Below, one piece after another: positions 18,269-26,601 of a DNA stretch of 64,000 nt. Positions within the stretch are counted from its first letter, which is position 1. Each line of letters begins with the position of its first letter. Made by a program: the position numbers and the translations under genes. A model generated the notes under the pieces. It searched no databases, had not been told where the DNA came from, and worked only from the letters and a program-made list of their open reading frames with translations. The DNA lies in assembly GCA_030550315.1 (NCBI GenBank), contig JAUQPP010000001.1:11348-75347 (forward strand), read 5' to 3'. The DNA is from Thermotogota bacterium. Lineage in GTDB: Bacteria > Thermotogota > Thermotogae > Thermotogales > Fervidobacteriaceae.

Positions 18269-18880
18269 CTAACCTCGCCAAGTTAGTTTTAATCTATCGC
18301 CCATGAACTCAAGCTGATAAACACTTCTAACACCACGTTCCAGCAACTTTCGAACCATTTTTTCGCTGTTTTTAAAGGATGCAACGATGATTGCATCGGC
18401 TTGGAACTTGTCTTCGAGTGAAATAACAGGAATACCGTCGATTTTAGTTCCAATCTTCTTTTCATCCTCGTCTAAGAAAGCGACTATGTGAAAGTTAGAA
18501 CGCGTCGTAATTAACCTTTCAAGCATCCGTCCAACCATACCCGCTCCGAAGATACAAAGTTCCCGCTTACCGATAAGCTTCAAAAAAATATCTTGGAACT
18601 TGTTTTCTATGCTACCATATAAATCGACAATTTCCGATAAATACGAGAGATATAGATAACTCAAGCTGATTTTGCCTTTTTCTGTGATTTGATACCTTCC
18701 GTTTGGATTATCGACAAGTCCCTCGGACTTTAATTTCTTGAGGTATTTGTTCACCAGCGAAGGTACGATACCAGCCAATGAAGCTATTTCTCCATGTGTG
18801 GTGGTTCCATTTTCGAGTGCTTTGAGTATCATCATCACTCTAAAGTTTGGGGAGTATTCGAAGAATTTAAATTCACTCAT
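18269..18880 (-). CDS. Winged-helix transcriptional regulator with a C-terminal Rossmann-like domain (Rex-like architecture)
   Basis: ORF 18269..18898. The likely ATG is at 18880 after GGGAGG. N-terminal wHTH is THGEIASLAGIVPSLVNKYLKKLKSEGLV. The C-terminal region LCIFGAGMVGRMLERL...IVAFLDEDEKKIG...AIIVA resembles the Rex NAD(H)-binding domain layout. Confidence 0.6.
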   Translation of the reverse strand: MSEFKFFEYSPNFRVMMILKALENGTTTHGEIASLAGIVPSLVNKYLKKLKSEGLVDNPNGRYQITEKGKISLSYLYLSYLSEIVDLYGSIENKFQDIFLKLIGKRELCIFGAGMVGRMLERLITTRSNFHIVAFLDEDEKKIGTKIDGIPVISLEDKFQADAIIVASFKNSEKMVRKLLERGVRSVYQLEFMGDRLKLTWRG

Positions 18881-18901
18881 TAATCTACCTCCCGCCATCG
18901 T

Positions 18902-20155
18902 TTAGAGCTTTATATTTTTTATCGAATTTCCAAACTTTTCTATTTCGTCCTTGATGTCGTTTATAGCATTTTCCAATTGCTCTATACCAGTGTAGAGTTG
19001 TTCCACAGCCTCATGTGAGCTGCGAGAGATTTGTGCAAGCCGATCGACGTTTCTTGATGACGCTTCCGTGACTTGTTCAATGGCGTTGAGCGACTCGCGA
19101 ACAGAATGCAAGTCTTTTGAAACTTTCTCTGTTACCAAAACGGTTGATGTAACAACTTTTTCAATTTCCGTAAGGGAGTTTTTCGATTCTTTCGCTAGGT
19201 TTCGTGTCGAGTTAGAGAGGTCCATAATCATTTCTGCAATTCTTGCCAGCCCTTCGCGATCGATGTTTTGCTTACTCGTCTCGATAGATGCGTTGATTGC
19301 AAGCACGGTTATGTTATCGGAAATGTCGGTAATCTTTTCAGCCAGAGAAGAAAGTGTTTCGGTCAACTCAGCAAGTTTCGACGACGATTTGGTTATATCT
19401 TCAATGGTGTCTGTAAAATGCTTTATTCGCAATAAGGTTGATTCAACTTCTGCCCTACTTTCCTCAAGGTATGCAGCAAATTCCTCAACAGATTTGTCTA
19501 ACTCTTGTGATGCCTTTTCGGTATTCTCAGCCATGGCCTTAATCTCCGCTGTGGAAGTAGAAGCCGCGATAACTGCTTCAGAGATAGAACCGAATAAATT
19601 ATTGGAATTTTCCAGCTGGGACTTTGGGGTTTTTACAAGATACTCACCAAGAATGTAACCAAGGGCTAGAGAAATCACTATAAGTAGCGGGTAACCGAAG
19701 GTAAAAAGTTTTTTGCGAAACCTTTGAAGGTCTCTGAAAAGTTCGTCCTTGGTAGCGGCGTGCACAATGAAACTTTCTCCGTCGAAAGCAAAGGCGATGT
19801 GTCTCTCAACACCTTCGAAAACGTACGAATAAATACCAGAGCTACGTTTCTTCATGTATTCAAAAAGTCCGGGCACAGCTTGTTTTGCATCGATGCCTAC
19901 CTTTGATGGATCTGTGTGAAATATTGCAACTCCGTCGCTGTTTAGCACGTAGTAATATCCAAAAGATGGTTTTGTCGCAAAGAGAGGTTCGTAATGTTTG
20001 TATTTTGCCAAAGCCTCTACCTCGAGCTTAAAAACGTTAAGAACGTTAGCTCTCGTGATTTTCGCAAATTGAGTAAAAGTCACAAAAAGTAATATTGTTA
20101 CGAAACAAATCAGTATTAACGATACGGCTAATGCGTACTTTAAGCTTAATTTCAT
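18902..20155 (-). CDS. Divergent methyl-accepting chemotaxis protein (Cache-like periplasmic sensor, short signalling domain)
   Basis: 417 aa with two TM segments flanking a sensor domain of about 130 aa. The cytoplasmic coiled coil has ITVLAINASIETSKQ, matching the MCP hairpin-tip consensus (LALNAaIEAAR) only loosely. Confidence 0.7.
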   Translation of the reverse strand: MKLSLKYALAVSLILICFVTILLFVTFTQFAKITRANVLNVFKLEVEALAKYKHYEPLFATKPSFGYYYVLNSDGVAIFHTDPSKVGIDAKQAVPGLFEYMKKRSSGIYSYVFEGVERHIAFAFDGESFIVHAATKDELFRDLQRFRKKLFTFGYPLLIVISLALGYILGEYLVKTPKSQLENSNNLFGSISEAVIAASTSTAEIKAMAENTEKASQELDKSVEEFAAYLEESRAEVESTLLRIKHFTDTIEDITKSSSKLAELTETLSSLAEKITDISDNITVLAINASIETSKQNIDREGLARIAEMIMDLSNSTRNLAKESKNSLTEIEKVVTSTVLVTEKVSKDLHSVRESLNAIEQVTEASSRNVDRLAQISRSSHEAVEQLYTGIEQLENAINDIKDEIEKFGNSIKNIKL

Positions 20156-21492
20156 AGTTCCATATCCCCCTTCGAGTAAATTTTTTCAATCATCTCGCCC
20201 AAAGATTCACCGTTCCACTCGATTAGAGAGAATTCAATCCTTACATCGGCGAACCTTTCATCTTTCTCAGCGAGTGAACTAATCCTGTTCTTTATATCGT
20301 CTACGGTTTTTTGAGAGCGTTTAGATTTTGCACCTATTAGTATGTTACAGAACTCATCTACTTTAATCCTACCAACCAGCTCCTGGGAAAATTCCTGAAG
20401 TATTTCACTCAATTTCTTCAAAAATTCGTTTGCGAGAGTTCCACCGTATCTTTTGACAAATTCCCTAAGGTTCACGATTCTTGTTTTTACCAGAGTAACT
20501 GGCAGATCGTTCCTAACTGCAAAATCTATGGATGAGGCCAACTTCGTCCTAAAGAAGGTCATAGTGTAGGTGCCGGTGATACCGTCGCATTCAAGCCCTT
20601 TATTTAAATTGTAGTAATCGTTCACAAGCATGAAAAGATTTCCCAGCGCATCGTTGATATAGAGTAATGTCTTTTGAGTTACCTCAACAAACTTTGGATT
20701 TTCAAAGAGCACAAAGCCAAGTAACTCATCATACCACGAGAATATTTCCTCAAGAACAAAGTTTTCTGACATTTTTCTTGACCCTTGAAAATGCTCCTCA
20801 ACAGGTGAGTAGATACTCAGATCGCTGCTCATTTCCAAAACTCTTTTAACTTCCTCAGGAGCTGCGAGCTCACCTTTCCCGAATCCGTAAATTCTCATTC
20901 GCGAAAGCGATGCAACGACAAAATAAACTGCCTCGAACTCCAAAAGCTCTAAAAATAGTTCATATATCTTTCTGAAAACTGTGAACTCGTCGAATATATA
21001 ACTTGCGTAGCTTAATATTTCGTCCATCAACGTCGCCTTTTTTAAACTTTCGTCAAGTATATCAACCAACTCTCCGTATGGCTCTATGTGAATCTTGTAA
21101 ATCTCCCTCGTCCATTCAATTGCGTAGGGTTGAGCAACAAAAGCCAAGATAGCTCTCTCTATATCTTCTTGCGGGGCAGTTTTCTTAACAAAAGCGTTTA
21201 CACCGCTCTTCTTTGCCCAAAAGGGACTAACCGTTTCATCAGCACCGGTGAGCATAAGGATTCCAATACGCTTGAAGACACTAAAACTTCTAATGAATCT
21301 CGTAAAGTGAATGCCATTGAGCTTGGGCATTACGTGATCAACAATCACCACATCAGGAAGAAAGCTAAAGAATTTATTCAGGCCATCGAGTCCGTCCCTG
21401 GCAACTTCTACGGAATAACCATTCAGCTCTAAGAGATTCTTAAGGTAGCTGCGCCAAACGTCTGAGTCATCAACAACAAGTACTTTTTTCAT
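20152..21492 (-). CDS. Response regulator: REC + linker domain + degenerate GGDEF domain
   Basis: ORF 20152..21513. The likely ATG is at 21492. REC: KVLVVDDS...VIVDHVMPKLNG. C-terminus: DGITGTYTMTFF...VKRYGGTLANEFL...VGRIKVDEFCNILIG, where KVDEF replaces GGDEF. Confidence 0.75.
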   Translation of the reverse strand: MKKVLVVDDSDVWRSYLKNLLELNGYSVEVARDGLDGLNKFFSFLPDVVIVDHVMPKLNGIHFTRFIRSFSVFKRIGILMLTGADETVSPFWAKKSGVNAFVKKTAPQEDIERAILAFVAQPYAIEWTREIYKIHIEPYGELVDILDESLKKATLMDEILSYASYIFDEFTVFRKIYELFLELLEFEAVYFVVASLSRMRIYGFGKGELAAPEEVKRVLEMSSDLSIYSPVEEHFQGSRKMSENFVLEEIFSWYDELLGFVLFENPKFVEVTQKTLLYINDALGNLFMLVNDYYNLNKGLECDGITGTYTMTFFRTKLASSIDFAVRNDLPVTLVKTRIVNLREFVKRYGGTLANEFLKKLSEILQEFSQELVGRIKVDEFCNILIGAKSKRSQKTVDDIKNRISSLAEKDERFADVRIEFSLIEWNGESLGEMIEKIYSKGDMEL

Positions 21493-21502
21493 CTCTCTCC
21501 CC

Positions 21503-22054
21503 TCAGCAAGCATCTCTATTCAACGATTTCAAAATGGATTTGATTTCGTGGAACGGTCTCAATTCACTTCTATTTCCTAGTTCTTGTTGGATGTTTCTTG
21601 GAAGATAGGGGAATTCAGCATCCTCTTGGATTAAGAACCTCACCTTCTTTTTTGATAAAGTCTTTGCTTCGCTCTTTCCGTCGTCTCCAAGACCTCCAAG
21701 AACGATGATAATAAAATTTTCATCGGCTACTTTCTTTAGTGAAAGAAACAGCGTTGAGATCGACGGATGGATTTTTCCCGACCCTTCTTTTACTGTTACC
21801 AAATCGCGTGTTAGGAAAACAATATCCTTACCTCCTGCCGGTAGGTGAATAACGTTTATCAATCTGGTTGGGCTTTTCACAACCACATTTGAAATTTGTG
21901 TCTCCCTTGTTATGTGTTCAGCAAAAGTCTCGATTACCGTACTCGTGAGGTGAATGCATAAAACTACTGGGAAGCGTAGAGGTTCTCCAAGCTTTAAAAG
22001 TTCTATAACTCGTGTGGGGCTACCTGCAGAGCCAACGATGATAACCCTCTTCAT
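21503..22054 (-). CDS. cheB: CheB-type methylesterase catalytic domain only (no receiver domain)
   Basis: 183 aa. Equivalents of the catalytic Ser/His/Asp contexts are present: IIVGSAGSP, VLCIHL, VLGGLGDDG. Confidence 0.7.
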   Translation of the reverse strand: MKRVIIVGSAGSPTRVIELLKLGEPLRFPVVLCIHLTSTVIETFAEHITRETQISNVVVKSPTRLINVIHLPAGGKDIVFLTRDLVTVKEGSGKIHPSISTLFLSLKKVADENFIIIVLGGLGDDGKSEAKTLSKKKVRFLIQEDAEFPYLPRNIQQELGNRSELRPFHEIKSILKSLNRDAC

Positions 22055-23817
22055 TCGACTTCAACCAACCTTTCAATGAGTTTAAGCAACCTTTCGAGTG
22101 GTTCACTCTTTGAAAGGTATCCATCTGCGCCGGCTTCCATACCTTTGATTAACTGTTCTTCTGACAAAGTGCTGAAAATCACAACCGGCAACTTCGGTTT
22201 TACCTCTTTTATACTTTTGGTTGTTTCGAAACCGTCCAATCCAGGCATCTCGACATCGCAAACTACCAGGTCCACATCGAATTTCTTTGAGATTTCTACG
22301 CCTTCTTCGCCGGATTTTGCTTCCAGAACCTCGTAACCAAAAGTTCTAAGAAACTTTGAGAGTATTGACCTGGTTACGAACGAATCGTCGACTATCAGTA
22401 TCGTTCTTTTTTTGCTGGACTTTTCGGCGCGTTTGGAAATCTTACTTACGTCGATTACCGGCAACGGATGGATAAATATATTCTTCACAAAGCCCTTCAC
22501 AAAGCCGTAGGATTCGTTGCTGATTTGTCCGTCAAAAACACCCACGATGTTGTCCACAAGGAGTGCTTTCTTAGCGGACGTGATGAAGCAGAACCTAGGA
22601 TTAGCTGAGGAAAACGAAATATCGTACAGCTTATCCTTGTATTTGACTTTACCATCTACGGTTTGTGCACTCACTATCACTGCTACTAAGTCACTCGTTT
22701 CAACTGCGAAAATCAGTCCATCTGCCTCAATAACAACGACTTTCACAACAAAACTTTTCACAGGAAAATGAACGATGAACTTTGTGCCTCTTCCGGGAGC
22801 CGTGACTACTTCAACATTTCCTCCCCGTGCCATGGCAAAGTTTCTTACTGCATCAAGCCCTACTCCCCTGCCGGCCGTACCGTCAGCGGTATCCTTAGTT
22901 GAGAAACCGGGCACAAATATCACTTCTTCCGGTGGGAGGTGCCCAAGTCCTTTTTCGGTGGCTTTTTTCCTCACCCTTTCAAAGTCGATTCCGGAACCAT
23001 CATCTTCAACTTCGAGATACAACTCTCCACCTTCCAGGTAACTTCTGAGTGTAATTGTACCGTACTCCGACTTTCCTTTTCTTTTCCTTTCCTCCGGAGA
23101 TTCAATACCGTGTGCTATTGCATTTCGCACAAGGTGTACTAAAGAATCTAGCAATACTTGCGAATCCTTTCTTTCCACTTTTTCCTGTCCAATTTGTAGT
23201 TCCAGCTTGACCTTTTTTCGATTTAGCGTAGCTTCTTGAATCACAAGTGTGTCGAAGTTTCGCAAAAGGTCAGAGATTCTAACATAGAAGTTTTCTTCCA
23301 TGATGTTTAACAACCTTGACTTGAGGGTTCGAATTTCCCTGAGAGCATTTTTTGTGTCGTTTCTCATCAGGCTATTCTCGACACTCAATGTTTTGGAAAC
23401 TAGTTCAAATAATACGTGCGAAAAGCTTTCTGAAATTTGTTCCTTTACTACGGAAACTTGGGCACGCTGTTTTCCTTCTAAGATATCCAAAAAGGATCTT
23501 AAATCGTCCTCGGAAATATCCGTCGTTCGGCTTAACAATTCTGGGATGATGGATAACATCCTTGCAAGAAGATCATCTGTAAGCTCGAGTTCACCACTTT
23601 CGTACCTTTTAAAGTAATTCTCAAGGTTATGCATCAAATTTCTGAATCCAACAAGTCCAACCAAACTGGCCGAGCCTTTTATTGTGTGAAACACACGATA
23701 AATTTCGTAAACCAATTCTCGCTCCCTTGTTTCAAGAAACTTTTTAATCATCTCTATTGCACTTTGACCCTTTTCGCGCAATTCCTGAAAAAAGATCTCA
23801 AGGAAGTCGGTACTCAT
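22051..23817 (-). CDS. cheA: Hybrid CheA-type histidine kinase (HPt, HATPase, CheW-like, C-terminal REC)
   Basis: 588 aa. HPt FHTIKGSASLVG; N box HLVRNAIAHGIE; G1 DDGSGID; G2 GRGVGLD; a P5-like region; then REC ILIVDDS...VVCDVEMPGLDG. Confidence 0.9.
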   Translation of the reverse strand: MSTDFLEIFFQELREKGQSAIEMIKKFLETRERELVYEIYRVFHTIKGSASLVGLVGFRNLMHNLENYFKRYESGELELTDDLLARMLSIIPELLSRTTDISEDDLRSFLDILEGKQRAQVSVVKEQISESFSHVLFELVSKTLSVENSLMRNDTKNALREIRTLKSRLLNIMEENFYVRISDLLRNFDTLVIQEATLNRKKVKLELQIGQEKVERKDSQVLLDSLVHLVRNAIAHGIESPEERKRKGKSEYGTITLRSYLEGGELYLEVEDDGSGIDFERVRKKATEKGLGHLPPEEVIFVPGFSTKDTADGTAGRGVGLDAVRNFAMARGGNVEVVTAPGRGTKFIVHFPVKSFVVKVVVIEADGLIFAVETSDLVAVIVSAQTVDGKVKYKDKLYDISFSSANPRFCFITSAKKALLVDNIVGVFDGQISNESYGFVKGFVKNIFIHPLPVIDVSKISKRAEKSSKKRTILIVDDSFVTRSILSKFLRTFGYEVLEAKSGEEGVEISKKFDVDLVVCDVEMPGLDGFETTKSIKEVKPKLPVVIFSTLSEEQLIKGMEAGADGYLSKSEPLERLLKLIERLVEVE

Positions 23818-23870
23818 AGTAACCGCCCCTATCGATTAGTTTTTATTCGAGAAGCGCACGAGATTTCAAC

Positions 23871-24641
23871 TTAAACTTCAATAATCTTGAATGTGCCCAT
23901 ATCCGTTTCAAGCACCTTTTCTCCCTTTTCCGGATGCTCAAGAACAAACCCATTAGCTAACTGGATTTTTCCGGTCCTGTATGCTATGTTCTCGAGTACA
24001 ACGACATGCTCACCATTGTCCAGGTTTATCACTGGAATGATGCGACCGTAATCTATAAAACCGTCGAATTGGTCCACTTTGAATGATGTCATTAGGTTTG
24101 CAGAAAGTATGGTCTTTACTTGGTTTTTTTGTATGGCGTACTTCTCGCCTAACAAAATAAAGCTTCCAATTGATTCCTGTCGCTCTTCGACTTTTTGAGA
24201 AAAACGAGCTTTTACTACGTTCGCATTAACTGGTGCTCTTAGATTGATGAAGTTGTAAACATAATAAATTTTTCCTTCGTGGACAACTATTCCAGAATAG
24301 TGGGATACATCCTTTAGCACATCTTCAGAGCGTGAGTCTTGGGGTGTCTCTGAGAAGAGCTTTTCAGTTAGGGGGGTTGGTGTGCTTTCGACCTCGGCAA
24401 GTATTCGAGTCACACCGAAGGCAAATTTCTGGTAGATTGCAAAGTACTTAAAGGCAGGCATTTCAAGTTCTGCGTGAGTTACTATAGGATAAAGTCGTCC
24501 CTTGTATTCTGCAAATCCGAAAACTCGTTCCCCTTGTGGAGCAGGAACGAAAATCGTACTTACGCCAATTAGTTCGTTTGAAGGAAGAGCCAGACAGTGT
24601 ACACCAACTTTGTGTTCAATTTCACAAAGAAAAAAACGCAT
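23871..24641 (-). CDS. Tandem CheW-like domain protein
   Basis: ORF 23871..24707. The likely ATG is at 24641 after GAAGGTGAG. There are two CheW-like repeats: FFLCEIEHKVGVHCLALPSNELIGV...VFGFAEYKGRLYPIV and SFILLGEKYAIQKNQVKTI...GFIDYGRIIPVINL. Confidence 0.65.
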   Translation of the reverse strand: MRFFLCEIEHKVGVHCLALPSNELIGVSTIFVPAPQGERVFGFAEYKGRLYPIVTHAELEMPAFKYFAIYQKFAFGVTRILAEVESTPTPLTEKLFSETPQDSRSEDVLKDVSHYSGIVVHEGKIYYVYNFINLRAPVNANVVKARFSQKVEERQESIGSFILLGEKYAIQKNQVKTILSANLMTSFKVDQFDGFIDYGRIIPVINLDNGEHVVVLENIAYRTGKIQLANGFVLEHPEKGEKVLETDMGTFKIIEV

Positions 24642-24660
24642 ACTCTCACCTTCACTTAAA

Positions 24661-25749
24661 CTACTTCCTTCCCTTGATAAAGTGAAGCAGCTGCCAAATT
24701 TCGTCATCTGAATGATTCAAAAACGCTGCTTTCTTCAAGTGTTTCTCCGCCGCTTCGTAATTACCTTTTTCCAGTTCCAAAACACCAAGGTATTTCCATA
24801 CAAGGTAATGCGTTGGATATTTTCTCACCAATATTGCTAGGTAATTTTCTGCTTCGCTTAGTATTTTATTTTCCAAGCAGTGTTCAACAATCCTTATCGT
24901 TGGCTCAAGAGCTAATTCGTTTTCCAAATTTTTCGCAATTGCTTCTTTTAGATATTTAACCTCTTGAGTTGATATAAAAGAAGTTTTCGGTCTTTTGTCC
25001 TTAACATGCTTTTCATCGGAAAACTTTGAACTTTTTCTGGATACCTTTTTATAAACGCAAGGACATTCGTTGATAGGTTCAAAGTCTTTCAAAACCGTCG
25101 GAAAATACTCGCCCGATCCTAAAACCAACACCCCGTCGTTCTTAAGCAAGCTGTAAATCTTCCTCACCACGAGTTCCTCGTTTTCGGCATACAACAGTAC
25201 TCGCCTTGCAAAAATGATATCAAAACTCTCGCTAAATGGCACCGTTAAGAAATTACCACTTACGAAAGTAACGTTTGCTTTGTAATCAGATTTGATGCAA
25301 AACTTATCATCGTTTTTTATGAAAAATCTTTCCAGCTCATCTTCGCTCAAAAAACGCACACTCCAGAATTTGTAGCAACCCCTTCTTGCTTCTTCAATCC
25401 TTTGTGGGGATATATCGATACCAGTGATTTTACAGTTCCTACCGGACTCTCTTGCAATGATTGAAAGACTGTAAACCTCTTCACCACGTGAACACCCAAC
25501 AGATAAAATGTTCCACTCGACTTTGTATTGCATGACTTTCTTTAGAAAATCAAACACCTTACGATCCCGAAAGAAGTACGATTCTCCTATTGTAAGATTG
25601 TCCAGAACGAAAATCTCTATAAGTTCTGGTGTCAGTTCATCAATTATACTTTCCAAAAAGTTCAGAAATCTCTTTAACGTTCGCTCACTAACTTTCAATT
25701 TGTGCTTTAAAAGTATACTTCCTACTTGTCTTTCCAGTTTCGAGTTCAC
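24661..25749 (-). CDS. cheR: CheR-type MCP methyltransferase with C-terminal TPR repeats
   Basis: ESYFFRD, ILSVGCSRGEEVYSLSI, ITGIDIS, IIFARRVLLY, and a C-terminal TPR-like region (YLVWKYLGVLELEKGNYEAAEKHLKKA). Confidence 0.85.
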   Translation of the reverse strand: MNSKLERQVGSILLKHKLKVSERTLKRFLNFLESIIDELTPELIEIFVLDNLTIGESYFFRDRKVFDFLKKVMQYKVEWNILSVGCSRGEEVYSLSIIARESGRNCKITGIDISPQRIEEARRGCYKFWSVRFLSEDELERFFIKNDDKFCIKSDYKANVTFVSGNFLTVPFSESFDIIFARRVLLYAENEELVVRKIYSLLKNDGVLVLGSGEYFPTVLKDFEPINECPCVYKKVSRKSSKFSDEKHVKDKRPKTSFISTQEVKYLKEAIAKNLENELALEPTIRIVEHCLENKILSEAENYLAILVRKYPTHYLVWKYLGVLELEKGNYEAAEKHLKKAAFLNHSDDEIWQLLHFIKGRK

Positions 25750-25776
25750 CTGAGAAATATACCTCCAGACGCGAGT

Positions 25777-26292
25777 TTATTCTGAAAATTCACCCTTAAG
25801 CAGTGTGAACTCAACCACAAAAAGTATCAACGAATAGACGAAATAAACGGCGGTGAGGTACATCATCTCCATGGTGTTTCCACTGCTACCCAAAAGATCA
25901 AGTCCAATCCAAGTTGGACCGGAGATAGCGAGTTTAAAGACTTGCGTTCCCAAGGCCACTCCAGAACATCCAAACGCCATGATTACGTGGAAAGACGAGT
26001 TACCATCGATGGCCTTTGAAACGGGGTAAGAGGCGGTGAAAAATCCTGCAAACGTCAACATTATCAACGTTAAAAGGAAATATCTTGAAGTCAAAAAAAC
26101 GATGCCGGTCAGATTGGAAATCACCGGGGAAAGGTAGAGTATTCCCAAGTAAACGACTATGGAGATGAACCCGAACACGAACGTAACAAATCCAAGGAAT
26201 ATCGTAAGGTAGTACGTAAGTTTGTTCAACTCGCGCTTTTTAACAACGCTTTCCGTACCTGATATCCTTTCCATCATCTTCAACGCACTCAC
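25777..26292 (-). CDS. Hypothetical integral membrane protein (about 5 TM segments)
   Basis: 171 aa, strongly hydrophobic. The start is ambiguous (GTG 26292 or ATG 26277). Confidence 0.55.
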   Translation of the reverse strand: MSALKMMERISGTESVVKKRELNKLTYYLTIFLGFVTFVFGFISIVVYLGILYLSPVISNLTGIVFLTSRYFLLTLIMLTFAGFFTASYPVSKAIDGNSSFHVIMAFGCSGVALGTQVFKLAISGPTWIGLDLLGSSGNTMEMMYLTAVYFVYSLILFVVEFTLLKGEFSE

Positions 26293-26402
26293 CTCTCGAT
26301 AGTACTTTCTGAGAACATTATACCACAGCCCTGGAGGAAAAATAAAACGGCGATTCGGTCATAGAACCGCCGTCGTGGGTCACTATACTTTAAAAATAAA
26401 AA

Positions 26403-26479
26403 TGGCGTGCCCGGCGGGAGTTGAACCCACAACCTTCAGATCCGCAGTCTGACGCTCTATCCACTTGAGCTACGGGCAC
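26403..26479 (-). tRNA. tRNA-Arg (anticodon GCG)
   Basis: The reverse complement GTGCCCGTAGCTCAAGTGGATAGAGCGTCAGACTGCGGATCTGAAGGTTGTGGGTTCAACTCCCGCCGGGCACGCCA folds as a cloverleaf. Anticodon stem is TCAGA/TCTGA, loop CTGCGGA. CCA is encoded. Confidence 0.85.
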
Positions 26480-26509
26480 GCACTTTCTTAGAGCCTATTA
26501 CAAAAAAAT

Positions 26510-26601
26510 TGGCGGAGAGAGAGGGATTCGAACCCTCGGTGGAGAAACCTCCACACTTGCTTAGCAGGCAAGCGCCTTCGACCACTCGGCCATCTCTCCG
26601 C
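26510..26601 (-). tRNA. tRNA-Ser (anticodon GCU), long variable arm
   Basis: The reverse complement is GCGGAGAGATGGCCGAGTGGTCGAAGGCGCTTGCCTGCTAAGCAAGTGTGGAGGTTTCTCCACCGAGGGTTCGAATCCCTCTCTCTCCGCCA. Anticodon loop is CTGCTAA. CCA is encoded. Confidence 0.9.

Noticed and set aside
19068-19658. 196-aa plus-strand ORF inside the MCP gene.
   Set aside because: It is antisense to the MCP coiled-coil region. It is Ser-rich and low in complexity, and has no start context.
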